Source: an uncultured Verrucomicrobiae bacterium (GTDB lineage: Bacteria; Acidobacteriota; Terriglobia; Terriglobales; Acidobacteriaceae). Taken from it: DNA of 64,000 bases. The DNA is taken from assembly GCA_963717535.1 (NCBI GenBank), contig OY970344.1, forward strand, positions 35,306 through 99,305, given 5' to 3'. Positions 24,646 to 35,163 of this stretch are shown piece by piece (position 1 is the stretch's first letter; every line of letters starts with the position of its first letter). The notes beneath the pieces are model-generated. The model ran no database searches. It saw only the letters and a list, made by a program, of their open reading frames with translations, and was not told the origin of the DNA. The position numbers and the translations under genes are program-made.

Positions 24646-26127
24646 TTACTCCAGCGCGTACATGGCGAGGCCGCTCAGGAGCTTGGGGTAGAAGTCGGTG
24701 GACTTCTGGGGCATGACTTCGAGGTTGAGGGAAATATCCCTCATCTGGTCGAGGGTCACTGGCTTGATTAAGAACGCAACATCGGCATTGCCGGAGCCAA
24801 CTTGTTGGAGAGCGTCGTGCGCTTCCCGGACGTAGCGGACATGGTTGCCGCCGCGAACAGTGTCCTCGTTGAGATGAAGGAGCTGTTCGAGGGCGAGTTT
24901 GTGTAGCTGGACGACGTTGAGCTGCTGCTGACGGGGGCTCAGGCCGGCGGTGAACTGGGCGACCGCGTCGGGCTTCGGCGTGAGCAGGAAGTCGCCGTCG
25001 CGGGTGGCCGCGATGAAAGCTACGCCGGCAGCCGCGTTCAGACGGTTGAGCAAGGTGCTTTCCCCGGGGAAGTGACCGTCGGGGGTCGAGGGGATCTCTT
25101 CGACTGTGAAAAGGCGCTCGGCTTGCTCCGCGAAGTGCCGCCCATTGAAGTGGGGCAGGCCGAAGACGACGCGGTGGGTGGGGAGGATGGTGATGCCGGG
25201 CGCGTCCATATTGACGAAGGTCATCATCATGGCTGCTTCAGGAAAGGGCGGTTGGGGCAGGCTTGTGCCTTCCTTGCCGGGGATCCCGGATTCACCACGC
25301 GGGCTCCGGGACGCAGTTCCCACCTCGTTGTTTAGCTCCGGTCGAGAGGACACATCCGAAAACGTGTCCGACAGCGGGGCGTCCTTGGGAGCAGGTGCGG
25401 GCTCGAAGCCTAGCTGTTGGGCTCGTTCGTGCATGTAGGAGACGGAGGTCTCATAGCGGTGGTGGCCGTCAGCAATGATGAGCGATTTGTCGCTCATGGT
25501 TTCAAGGATTTTGCCGATAAGGTCTGAGTCCGTCAATTTCCAGACGCGATGAACGACGTTATATTCGTCGATGATCTCGAGGTCGGCGGGCCGGGGCTGG
25601 CCTGTGGGGGAATCGAAGATGAGGTGTTCCGCAGTGAAGGAGGGGTCGGAGTAGAGCATGTAGATCTGTTCCGGATAGGCACGAATCGCTTTGAAGAGAG
25701 CGAGGCGGTCGGATTTGTGCTTGGGGAAGGTCTGCTCGTGGCGATAGACGACGTGTTCGGCGTAGTCATAGAGATGGCCCAAAGCGATGAAGCCGCGACG
25801 TTCGCGCACCTCGTCGGTGCCGGGCACGGTGTAGGTCTGCGAGTAACCGTAGAGCGCAGGCTCTGACTCTTCGCGAAGGATGCCTTCACTGCGCCAGGCG
25901 GCGAAGGTTGCCGCCGCGCGGGTGTAGACGTTTTTCTGATCATTGTCGGCGGGCTCACGCTTGCCCAGGACGACGCGGATGAGGTTGTAAGGGCTCTTCG
26001 CGTAGTAGTTCGCCTGCATTTCCGGCGAGATCTTGTCGTAGGGCTGAGTGACCACATCAGCCATGTTGACGCGGGCGGTGTCATAACGGAGGGCGCGGAA
26101 GGGATACAGGCGAGCCATTGATGTCAT
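24646..26127 (-). CDS. DUF1015 family protein
   Basis: PFRALRY, PYD.IS, RHEQT, IADGHHRYET, ILPTHR and MPQKSTDFYPKLLSGL. Confidence 0.88.
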   Translation of the reverse strand: MTSMARLYPFRALRYDTARVNMADVVTQPYDKISPEMQANYYAKSPYNLIRVVLGKREPADNDQKNVYTRAAATFAAWRSEGILREESEPALYGYSQTYTVPGTDEVRERRGFIALGHLYDYAEHVVYRHEQTFPKHKSDRLALFKAIRAYPEQIYMLYSDPSFTAEHLIFDSPTGQPRPADLEIIDEYNVVHRVWKLTDSDLIGKILETMSDKSLIIADGHHRYETSVSYMHERAQQLGFEPAPAPKDAPLSDTFSDVSSRPELNNEVGTASRSPRGESGIPGKEGTSLPQPPFPEAAMMMTFVNMDAPGITILPTHRVVFGLPHFNGRHFAEQAERLFTVEEIPSTPDGHFPGESTLLNRLNAAAGVAFIAATRDGDFLLTPKPDAVAQFTAGLSPRQQQLNVVQLHKLALEQLLHLNEDTVRGGNHVRYVREAHDALQQVGSGNADVAFLIKPVTLDQMRDISLNLEVMPQKSTDFYPKLLSGLAMYALE

Positions 26128-26409
26128 TGTACGGACGAGATCCCTGGACGGAGTTCCAGAAGACAGTTGGCTGTTGATGTTGAGGAAGGATCACCGCTTC
26201 TCCCGAACCCTTGGGGCGTCGGCTGGGACGAATGCCCGCATGTCACGATGTCGGCGAAGTGTCAGCGCGATCCCTCGAAGAAAGGCGGAGAGTCATTGCG
26301 GGTAGTGAACAGAGCGATCTCTGGGGAATAGACGGCGAAGACGTTTCGGATTAGTCTAGGCGCACGCAAGTTGAAGGCGACCGCCACGTCAGGGGTGAGT
26401 GGAGGCAGG

Positions 26410-27447
26410 ATGCGGGTTCGGGCTAGGTTTGAGGGAGCATGGCGCAGCATCCTGTTCTGCGGGGTGTTCGCGTTTTGCTGTTCGGGATTGCAAGCGCAGG
26501 AGAACCCACTGGACTCGGTCCATACGGCTGCTCCGGCGCCCGTTCCCCCGAAAGACGCCCCGCCCGTACTGAAGGGCGATGATGTTGCGGCGAAAGCAAC
26601 GTCTACCAAGGGGAGGGCCATTCAGGTGAATGCGGACCTGGTGCTGGTCCCGGTCACGGTAACCGATCCGCAGAATCGGCTGGTGACAGGCCTGGAACGG
26701 AGCAATTTTCAGTTGTTCGACAGCAACACGGCGCAGACGATCAAAAGTTTCGCTACGGAAGATGCCCCGCTTTCTATTGGGATTGTCTTTGACCTGAGCG
26801 GGAGTATGCAGTCCAAGTTTGTGCGGTCGCGCAAGGCTCTCAGCGAATTCCTGCATACGTGCAATCCTCAGGATGAATTTTTCGTCATTGGTTTTAACGA
26901 TCGGCCTGCGGTGCTAGTGGATTACACCTCCGACGTGGAAGACGTAGAAGCGCGCATGGTGATGTTGCGGCCAGAGAACCGAACGGCTTTGATCGACGCA
27001 CTGTACCTGGGGGTCAACAAGCTTCGCGATGCCAAGTATGCGCGGAAGGCGCTGCTCGTGGTCTCGGACGGTGGAGACAACCGGAGCCGGTACACGCAGG
27101 GCGAACTGATGCGTGCCGTGCGTGAGAGCGAGGTGCAGATTTACTCCGTTGGCATCTTCGACGCGTACGCGCCGACTGTGGAGGAACAGAACGGGCCGCA
27201 GCTGTTGCACGAGATGTCGGAGGCAACTGGTGGACGGCTGTTCGTGGTGCGGGATGTTCAGGATCTGAGCGATATTGCGCAACGGATCAGCGAGGAACTG
27301 CGCAACGAGTACGTGATTGGGTACACGCCCACGGATCGCCGCCGCAACGGCAGTTGGCGTAAATTGAACGTGCGATTGGTGCCGCCTCCCGGGCTTCCGG
27401 AGCTGACGGTGCATAATCGCGAGGGGTACTATGCGCCGTCGCAGTAA
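26410..27447 (+). CDS. Acidobacterial VWA-domain protein
   Basis: GGAGG SD and signal peptide. DLVLVPVTVTD, MIDAS DLSGSM, TALIDA, SDGGDNRS, ELRNEYVIGY and REGYYA. Confidence 0.9.
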   Translation: MRVRARFEGAWRSILFCGVFAFCCSGLQAQENPLDSVHTAAPAPVPPKDAPPVLKGDDVAAKATSTKGRAIQVNADLVLVPVTVTDPQNRLVTGLERSNFQLFDSNTAQTIKSFATEDAPLSIGIVFDLSGSMQSKFVRSRKALSEFLHTCNPQDEFFVIGFNDRPAVLVDYTSDVEDVEARMVMLRPENRTALIDALYLGVNKLRDAKYARKALLVVSDGGDNRSRYTQGELMRAVRESEVQIYSVGIFDAYAPTVEEQNGPQLLHEMSEATGGRLFVVRDVQDLSDIAQRISEELRNEYVIGYTPTDRRRNGSWRKLNVRLVPPPGLPELTVHNREGYYAPSQ

Positions 27448-28607
27448 AGGATTTTGGGCCAGAGTCACGGCGGCATTTGTTTGTTGTCTTCTATTCGTGC
27501 AGAGCGAGGTACGTGCGACCGGGCAAAGCAGCGCGGTCCCGTCGCAACAATCGCCGGGGACGGTGCCCGGCGGAAATCCGCAGGTCCCGCCTCCTTTGGA
27601 CAGCGATCCCGTGCCCTCACCTGACCCTGCCACGCCGCTGCCAAAACCTGGAGCGCCCGCAGGCGAGGCCCAAGCCGGGCAAACCGGAGCGGCAGCCGCC
27701 GGCGTCGTGCAGCAGGAGGGCGGCCGTTACACCCTAAGGGCCGAAGCTTATGAAGTGCGGCTGAATGCTTCGGTGATCGACGGTTCCGGGCGTGAGGTGG
27801 AGGATCTGCCGAAGGATGCCTTCCATGTGTATGAAGACGGCGTACCGCAGACGATTCTGGGCTTCCGGCATGAAGATCTGCCCGTTTCACTGGGCATACT
27901 GATCGACAGTTCGGGGTCAATGTACGACAAGCGGGCGGCCGTGGATGCGGCGTCGCTGGACCTGGTGCGCTTGTCCAACCGGCAGGATGAAGCGTTCCTG
28001 GTGGACTTCAGTTCAGAAGCCTACATCGACCAGGACTTTACTGCCGACATCAATAAGCTGCAGCAGGGTCTGAGCTATATCAAGTCGAGTGGCGGGACAG
28101 CGCTGTATGACGCCGTCATCGCGTCGGCGGATTACCTTGCCAAGAACGCGAAGCGTCCGAAGCAGGTGCTGCTCGTGGTCACCGACGGCGACGACAATGC
28201 GTCGAGCGCAACGCTGGAGCAGACGATCCGTCGGGTGCAGGAGTTGGACGGGCCGGTGATCTACTGCATCGGTTTGCTGTTCGGGGAAGATACGAGCCGG
28301 AGCGAGTCGCGGCACTCCAGGCAGGTGCTCTCCGAGCTTTCCGAGCAGACGGGCGGCCAGGCGTACTTCCCGCACTCGCTCAAGGACGTGGACGGAATCA
28401 CACGTGAGGTCGCCGCAGGACATTCGGCAGCAGTACACGATCGAATACCGCAGCACGAAGCCGCCGTCGCAGGGAGGATATCGGCAGGTGCACGTGGAGG
28501 CGAAGGGGAAAGGCTTTGGAAAGCTGCAGGTGAGGACGCGGGCGGGGTATTATCCGCGAACTACCGCGGCCGGAAGTGCAGGGAAAGCCGGGTCGCCGGG
28601 GCGGTAG
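27431..28607 (+). CDS. Second acidobacterial VWA-domain protein, +1 frameshift at about 28413 (probable sequence error)
   Basis: MIDAS DSSGSM, TALYDA, TDGDDNAS. The conserved tail DIRQQYTIEY...RTRAGYYP is in the next frame (28404-28607). Removing one C from GTCGCCGCAG restores VAQDIRQQ. Confidence 0.88.
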
Positions 28608-28724
28608 GGTCGGGCTAACCTGCTATATCGCTTGAAGAAGCATGGGCCTACGGCGAAGATTTGCATCCAAAACCGTGAGCACGCAAGGGCCTGCGCAGCA
28701 GGACGAACTTGAGTTAGGAGCACG

Positions 28725-30503
28725 ATGCTGGAGCTTTCAACGCTGAATGATGTGTTTGCGCGCGTGGCGGCGCGAGGCGACGAGACCGTCGCCCAGTACA
28801 AAGACGGGGGCGAATGGAAGCCCATCACCTCCAAACAGATGTACGGCCGCGTCCGTGCCGTGGCGGAGCAATTGCAGAGCTGGGGCATTCAGCGCGGTGA
28901 TCGCGTGGCCCTGGTGGGCGAAAATCGCTGGGAGTGGCCGGTGGTGGACTTTGCCGTCCTGGCCATCGGAGCAGCGGATGTGCCCCTGTACCAGACCCTG
29001 ACTCCGGATCAGATGGCCTTCATCCTGAATGATTCAGGGGCAAAGGTGATCTTCATGTCGAACAAGGATCAGTTCGACAAGCTGATGAAAGTTGCGGACA
29101 AGGTCAAGACGATTGAACACGTCGTGGTGTGGGATGAGGGTGAGTACACGGGCGCCGAGAGCTTCAAAACTATCTTGAAGAACGCGCCCGAGTTGGAGAC
29201 GCAGGACCAGGGCTTCGATGCGCTGCTGCGTTCTGCGAAGCCGGAAGAACTGGCGTCGATCATCTATACGTCGGGCACCACGGGCGATCCGAAGGGCGTC
29301 GCGCTGACACACAACAATATGGCGTCCAACCTGCAGCATTCCACGGATGACTTGAACATCGGGAAAGGCGATACCTCGATCTCCTTTTTGCCGTTGAGTC
29401 ATGCGCTGGCGAGGCATCTTGACTATGCGATCTATGCGCATGAGGGAACGATCGCCTACCTGCCGAAGTTCGACGACCTGCCAAACGCGATGAAGGCAGT
29501 GCGGCCGACGATCTTCCTCGCGGTGCCGCGGGTGTACGAGAAGATACGGCAGGCTGTGCAAGGGCGGGCAAAGGGCTTCCAGAAGAAGGTCCTCCACTGG
29601 GCTTTGGGACAGGGCGGAAAGCACAAGGAGCACGTCGCGGCAGGGCGAACTCCAGGTTCTCCCGCGTGGAAAATTGCAAACTACCTGGTCTTTGGCAAAG
29701 TGAAGGAGGCGTTTGGCGGCAACGTCAAGCTTTACGTTTCCGGCGGCGCCCCGTTGGGCAAGGAAACGACTGACTGGTTCCTGAGCGCGGGCATTCGAAT
29801 TGTGGAAGGTTATGGAATGACAGAGGTCTCGCCAGTCATCGCGCGCAGTACCTTTGCGGCGTTCCGTCCCAATTCGGTAGGGAAGGTGATTCCGAACCTG
29901 GAAGCCCGGTTAGCGGCAGACGGCGAGTTGGAAGTACGGGGATCTTCGGTCTTTCAGGGCTACTGGAACAACGAAGAAGCGACCAGGAAGGAATACACAG
30001 AGGACGGCTGGTTCAAGACGGGCGACATCGGGAAGTTTGAGGATGGATTCCTGATGATCACCGATCGCAAGAAGGAGCTGATGAAGACCTCTGGCGGCAA
30101 ATACATTGCGCCGCAGCCGGTGGAAAGCAAGTTGAAGAGTGATGGGCTGGTGGAGCACGCTGCCCTCATCGGGGACAATCGCAAGTTTGTCAGTGTGCTG
30201 ATTTCTCCGAACTTCAAGGCACTGGAGAGCTGGGCCAAGCAGAACGGGGTAGCGGTCAGTGGCCGGCCGGAGCTGGTGAAGGATCCCAGGGTGCAGAAGC
30301 TATACCAGGGCATCGCTGAGAAGGTGAACGGCGGGCTCGCGCACTTCGAGACCATCAAGAAGGTGACCGTCGTGCCGGACGAGTGGAGCGTGGAAGAAGG
30401 AGAACTAACGCCGAGCCTCAAGCTGAAGCGCCGTGTACTCACCGAGAAGTACAAGGACCAGATTGAGGCAATGTACGGGGGCGGAGAGGGCAAAGAAGGG
30501 TGA
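28725..30503 (+). CDS. Long-chain fatty acid-CoA ligase (AMP-dependent synthetase)
   Basis: YTSGTTGDPKG, SFLPLSH, EGYGMTE, WFKTGDIG, DRKKELMKTSGGKYIAP and LTPSLKLKR. Confidence 0.93.
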   Translation: MLELSTLNDVFARVAARGDETVAQYKDGGEWKPITSKQMYGRVRAVAEQLQSWGIQRGDRVALVGENRWEWPVVDFAVLAIGAADVPLYQTLTPDQMAFILNDSGAKVIFMSNKDQFDKLMKVADKVKTIEHVVVWDEGEYTGAESFKTILKNAPELETQDQGFDALLRSAKPEELASIIYTSGTTGDPKGVALTHNNMASNLQHSTDDLNIGKGDTSISFLPLSHALARHLDYAIYAHEGTIAYLPKFDDLPNAMKAVRPTIFLAVPRVYEKIRQAVQGRAKGFQKKVLHWALGQGGKHKEHVAAGRTPGSPAWKIANYLVFGKVKEAFGGNVKLYVSGGAPLGKETTDWFLSAGIRIVEGYGMTEVSPVIARSTFAAFRPNSVGKVIPNLEARLAADGELEVRGSSVFQGYWNNEEATRKEYTEDGWFKTGDIGKFEDGFLMITDRKKELMKTSGGKYIAPQPVESKLKSDGLVEHAALIGDNRKFVSVLISPNFKALESWAKQNGVAVSGRPELVKDPRVQKLYQGIAEKVNGGLAHFETIKKVTVVPDEWSVEEGELTPSLKLKRRVLTEKYKDQIEAMYGGGEGKEG

Positions 30504-31342
30504 AGCTGCATCTCGTTGCATGTGTGTGTTGGATGGTGGGGGTCCTGGCGTTTGCCCAGGCCCCCACGGTGCCAAAAGACCACTATGGACCGCCGGTTTG
30601 TCCTGGCATGCATGCGACCCCGCACCGCGCGACCGCTGACGCGGCGAGGGCTGAACAGGAGCAGGGTGCGCAGCTTGACCATGCGCTGCTGGCCGCAGAG
30701 CCGATGGAGAACTTTGAGCTCGAGCGTTACCGGCTTAGGGACTATGCCGACTGCGTAGGCGCCGGCGGGTGCTACTGGGCCGATCTGGATGCGCAGTACC
30801 GGCGCGCCGAGCTGGCGCTGGCCGCGGAGCTGGCGCAGAGCAAGGGCGGCGACAGGCTGGCAGTGGTCATGGACATCGACGAGACCACACTTTCAAGCTA
30901 CTGCGAGATGCAGCGGGAAGATTTCGGGTACATTGGGCCGCTTTTCAATGCGTGGGTCGTGAGCCCGGATGCGGCGGTCGCGATTCCCGGCGCTGTTCGT
31001 TTGTTTAACAAGGCGAAGGCTTCAGGCGTTGCTGTGTTTTTCATCACGGGGCGGCCCGGTGTGCCGGATGCTTCTTCGACCTCACATGGCTCCGATCAAA
31101 CCGGGGCCACCGCTCGCAACCTGCAGGCCGCGGGCTTTCACGGCTGGACGGGTTTACAGTTGCGCAATGGGCCGGAGAATGGGATCGAGACGATCCCGTA
31201 CAAGTCCGGTGAGCGGCAGCGGATCGTAGATCGCGGGTACAAAATTCTGCTGAGTGTGGGAGACCAGTGGAGCGATCTGCTGGGAGCGCCCCAAGCTGAA
31301 GTGAATGTGAAGCTGCCGAATCCGTTCTATTTCCTGCCCTAA
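30500..31342 (+). CDS. Exported HAD class B acid phosphatase
   Basis: Signal peptide, DIDET, FFITGR, VGDQWSDL and KLPNPFY. 4-nt overlap with the ligase stop. Confidence 0.88.
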   Translation: MKLHLVACVCWMVGVLAFAQAPTVPKDHYGPPVCPGMHATPHRATADAARAEQEQGAQLDHALLAAEPMENFELERYRLRDYADCVGAGGCYWADLDAQYRRAELALAAELAQSKGGDRLAVVMDIDETTLSSYCEMQREDFGYIGPLFNAWVVSPDAAVAIPGAVRLFNKAKASGVAVFFITGRPGVPDASSTSHGSDQTGATARNLQAAGFHGWTGLQLRNGPENGIETIPYKSGERQRIVDRGYKILLSVGDQWSDLLGAPQAEVNVKLPNPFYFLP

Positions 31343-31390
31343 GCAGTGGCGGCCAAAGGCAACCCGCCACCGCTCCCAGGCTGGCATGAG

Positions 31391-31810
31391 CTACGAGGTG
31401 ATGACGGCCGCACCGGCTTCTGCGACGGCGTGATCCTGTTCGCCGCTGCCGCCGGAGACGCCGATTGCGCCAATGACCTTGTCTCCCTTCTTGATGGGCA
31501 GACCGCCTGCGAAGATCATCACCTTACCGTCGTTCGAGGTGTTGATGCCGAAGAACTGATCCCCGGACTGGGAGTTCTTTCCAAGGTCCTGCGTGGTGAT
31601 GTTGAAGGCGCGCGAAGTCCAGGCCTTTTTCTGGGCGATGTCGACCGAGCCGAGCCAGGCGTTGGCCATGCGCTCGAAGGCAAGCAGGTAGCCGCCTGCA
31701 CAGACAACGGCAATGTTCATTGGCTGGCCGAGGGCGACGGCTTTCTGGGTGGCGGCGGCGATGATGCGGCGGGCGTCTTCGAGGTCGAGAGATTCGTGCG
31801 TGGTGCTCAT
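31391..31810 (-). CDS. GlcG/HbpS family heme-binding protein
   Basis: MNIAVV..GGYLLAFERM, DIAQKKAWTS, FAGGLPI, IGAIGVSGGS.EQDH. AAGGAG SD before ATG 31810. Confidence 0.9.
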   Translation of the reverse strand: MSTTHESLDLEDARRIIAAATQKAVALGQPMNIAVVCAGGYLLAFERMANAWLGSVDIAQKKAWTSRAFNITTQDLGKNSQSGDQFFGINTSNDGKVMIFAGGLPIKKGDKVIGAIGVSGGSGEQDHAVAEAGAAVITS

Positions 31811-31862
31811 GGTGCTCCTTTGTGGCTGTGCCGAGGTGTTGGATGCGCGTTCGGCGTGTGGG

Positions 31863-33674
31863 TCAGGTGATCTGCAGATAGGTGGAGTACGGCGCGTCGC
31901 CAACCGCGAAGAACGGGTGGAAAGATAGGTGGCCGTCGCGTGTGCGCCACTCCGTATCGCTGACCCGGTGGAGTTGGGAGAGGGAGTCGCGGCGGATAGT
32001 GCTGAAGCGTTCCGGCATCAGCACCAGCGGACCCCAGCAAACGGCGACCAGTGACGACTCTGCGGACCCGTCCCCGGGAAAGGGTTCCAGGCGAAGCTGG
32101 GCGGGCAGATGCAGCTCGACGCGGTCACCGTTCTTCCAGATGCGAGATGTTGTGGCGAAGCCCGCGTTCGAGCGCACCGGGTGGGGCTGTCCGTTGATGC
32201 GCAATCCAGGTCGCGCGCACCACGTTGGAATGCGGAGGTGCAGGGAAAATGCCGTGGTGCGGTCGGTCTCGAGGACTAGCGTGACCTGCTCACCAAGCGG
32301 ATAGCTGCCCTGCTGGCTGAGGTGGCACTTCGTGTTCGCGGCCTCCCACGTGATGGTGGATGGCAGATACAGGTTGACCCAGAGGCCGGGGGAGGGCTCC
32401 GGGTCTAGCAGGTACGTGTTGATGCCGTAGTCGGCGGCGACCTGCGGGTAGGTGCCTGCGCAACAGGGCCAGCGGTGGGCGGAGTAGACGCGTCTGGCGT
32501 TCTGATTGAGGTCGGCGTAGTAGAAGGTACGGCCATCTGGCTGGAGCGGCAGCGCGCCGAACATGCTGTTGAAGAGGATGCGCTCCATCCCGTCGCCGTA
32601 GCGCCCGTCCCGCGTCAATTGGAGCAGGTAGCGGGACAGTTTGAGGAAGGCGTAGGTGCCGCAGGGCGTCTCGAAGCTGTTGTGGGTAGAGGTCAGGCTC
32701 GCGAGGAACTTGCCGGAGCCAGGTTTCTCGAACATCTCGTCGGGGGCCCAGCCGCCCGTGGCGTAACTTTGTGCCGCGATCATGCGATAGCCGTTGACGG
32801 CGGCCTGGAGATAGAGGCGGTTGCCTCCGGCGAGAAAGGCCTGGATTGCGGAGCAGAGCGCGTTGACGTGGCTGTAGCCGTGCAGGCCGCCGAGAACGTT
32901 CTGATCCCGCGCGAGGGGCTCGAACAGCGAATCAAGCGTGTAGGCGCGGGCCATGGCCGCATAGGAGCTGCCGGCGCCGGCTTCGTAAAGCAGATACAAG
33001 TTTTCGGGAAGCGTATAGCTCTCGTCCCAGCCCCAGGATGCGTCGCGATCTTTACGCCACGAGGAGTGGTTCTCGCGATCCTGCGCCGAGGGCGGGAGGC
33101 TGGGCAAGGCACATTGCCGTACCTTGTTGGCGATCGCAAGGGCATCGGGGGAGCTGAGTAGCGTGTGCGCGTCGAGAAGACCGCAGTTCAGTTTGTCGAG
33201 CGTGTAGGCGGGGAAGCGGGTTTTGTCGAAGAACTGCGGTGTGATGGCGGCCGCCAGCAAATCGTTCAGATGGAGAATGCGATTTCGGGCCTGCGCGTCC
33301 CCTTGTCCCGCGGCGAAGCGGGCCATGGCGGAGGTCCACTGGCCGAAGCTGTGACCCGGCGCAAACCCCGCATCGCCGGTGCGCCAGTTGTACTCCGGCA
33401 GGTACCCGTACCAGCCGCCGAGGTCGCGGCCGGGAGCGTCGACGCCGGCCATGGCTCGGAAAGGCTTGAGCAGTGCATCGTCGTCGAAGGTGCCGAGAAT
33501 CGCCTGGGAGTTCCCCTGCTGTTCTTTGGCGATGCCAGATGTGATCGCAACCTGGTCGTAGCGCGGCATTCGCAGCAGGCCACCCGGCGCTTGCCGCACG
33601 GATTGCGCAGGCAAGTGTGAGGCCACGGCGGCGGCCGCAGACATTTCGAGGAAGCGGCGGCGATCGAGCGACAT
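31863..33674 (-). CDS. Tat-exported GH127/GH146-like beta-L-arabinofuranosidase-domain protein
   Basis: SLDRRRFL Tat motif, GHSFGQWTSAMAR, HGYSHVN, ETPCGTY..LKLSR, YGDGMERILFN and WPCCAGT. Confidence 0.85.
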   Translation of the reverse strand: MSLDRRRFLEMSAAAAVASHLPAQSVRQAPGGLLRMPRYDQVAITSGIAKEQQGNSQAILGTFDDDALLKPFRAMAGVDAPGRDLGGWYGYLPEYNWRTGDAGFAPGHSFGQWTSAMARFAAGQGDAQARNRILHLNDLLAAAITPQFFDKTRFPAYTLDKLNCGLLDAHTLLSSPDALAIANKVRQCALPSLPPSAQDRENHSSWRKDRDASWGWDESYTLPENLYLLYEAGAGSSYAAMARAYTLDSLFEPLARDQNVLGGLHGYSHVNALCSAIQAFLAGGNRLYLQAAVNGYRMIAAQSYATGGWAPDEMFEKPGSGKFLASLTSTHNSFETPCGTYAFLKLSRYLLQLTRDGRYGDGMERILFNSMFGALPLQPDGRTFYYADLNQNARRVYSAHRWPCCAGTYPQVAADYGINTYLLDPEPSPGLWVNLYLPSTITWEAANTKCHLSQQGSYPLGEQVTLVLETDRTTAFSLHLRIPTWCARPGLRINGQPHPVRSNAGFATTSRIWKNGDRVELHLPAQLRLEPFPGDGSAESSLVAVCWGPLVLMPERFSTIRRDSLSQLHRVSDTEWRTRDGHLSFHPFFAVGDAPYSTYLQIT

Positions 33675-33841
33675 GCTTCGCAAGCCTACCGCTGACCGCC
33701 TGGACTGTCCATGCACGTCTGGAATGAATAAACCTTGCTCAGCGTCACGGGAGGAAGCGCATCCAAAGATGTGGGCCAAGTGGCACAAACTTGCCGTTGA
33801 TCCTCCACGGCGAGGATGATCGTCCTGCTGGGGTTCCCTGG

Positions 33842-35147
33842 ATGCATGTCTTGCTCTTCGTGGTGTCGCTACCCACAGGCCTGGTGGTTGTTGGCTGCGC
33901 TGGCGGTGCTGTTTGTGACTGCGATCTTCCTGGCGGGGATCTTTGGCCCGGTTCCGCGGTACGCCATCCGGTCCGGGGAAGGGCTGGCGGGGAACGATTC
34001 AGAGGAGTTTCTTAACGTCCTTGAAGCTCTCACCGATGCCAAGGTCAACCGGAGGGGCACGGTGTCCGTGCTCACCAATGGCCCAAGTTTCTACCCGGCG
34101 GCTTTGGAAGCTCTCCGTTTGGCGAAGCGAAGCATCTGCCTCGAAGCCTACATTTTTCAGCGAAGCGAAATCGGCGGCCTGTACCTGGACGCCCTGACGG
34201 AGCGAGCGCGAGCAGGCGTGCGCGTCACGGTGGTGCTGGATGCATTCGGTAGCTTCCGGGCAGGCGACGACTACTTCAAGCCGCTGGTGAACGCCGGCGG
34301 CAAGGTGGCGAGGTATAACCGCCCACGTTGGTACAGTCTGTCCCGCATCGACAACCGTACACACCGCGAGCTGCTTGTCGTGGATGGGCGCGTGGGTTTC
34401 ATCGGTGGAGCGGGGGTGGCAGATCAGTGGTTCAAGGGCGTCGGCAAGAGCCCGCGATGGCGCGACACGGTGGTGCGCGTAGAGGGGGAGGCCGTGCCGA
34501 ACCTGCAGGCCACGTTCGCCGAGAACTGGCTGGCTTCGTGTGGCGAGCTATTGGTGGGCGAGGAATATTTTCCGTCGGTCCGCTGCGAACAGAGCGTCAT
34601 CGCGATGGTGGTGAACAGTACGCCCACCCCGGGCGGATCAACGCGCGCCCGGGTGTTGTTCCAGATGCTGCTCGCTTCAGCGCAGCGCAGCATCTCTATC
34701 ACCACGCCGTACTTCTTACCGGATAAGGGGCTGGTGGGTGAGCTTTGCCACGCCGTAAAGCGCGGTGTGCGAGTGCGCATCCTGGTGCCGGGGCGGAAGG
34801 CGGACCATGTGCTCACGCGAAGCACCAGCCGCGGAGGCTATGGGCCGCTGCTGAAGGCCGGCGCTGAGGTGTTCGAGTATCAGCCCGCGATGATCCATGC
34901 CAAGGTGCTGGTTGTCGATGGGCTATGGTCGGTGGTGGGGTCCACGAACTTCGACAACCGGTCGTTCGGGATCAATGATGAGGTGAACCTGGCAGTGCGG
35001 GACGAAGCCGTGGCCAGGCGGCTGGAGAACGACATGATCCACGACCTCGCGGAGAGCCGGCCGGTGTCTTTGAAGGAATGGGAGCACCGGCCCATCACTG
35101 AGCGCGCTCCGGAGATGTTGGGGTGGATCTTTGAGCGGCAGCAGTGA
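33842..35147 (+). CDS. Phospholipase D family cardiolipin-synthase-like protein (ClsB-like), N-terminus probably frameshifted at about 33888
   Basis: THRELLVVDG (HxE variant) and IHAKVLVVD, TPYF, GSTNFDNRSF. The hydrophobic start MHVLLFVVSLPTGLVV joins the main frame if one T is removed. Alternative in-frame start at 33816. Confidence 0.88.
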
Positions 35148-35163
35148 GATGGAGTGACACGTT

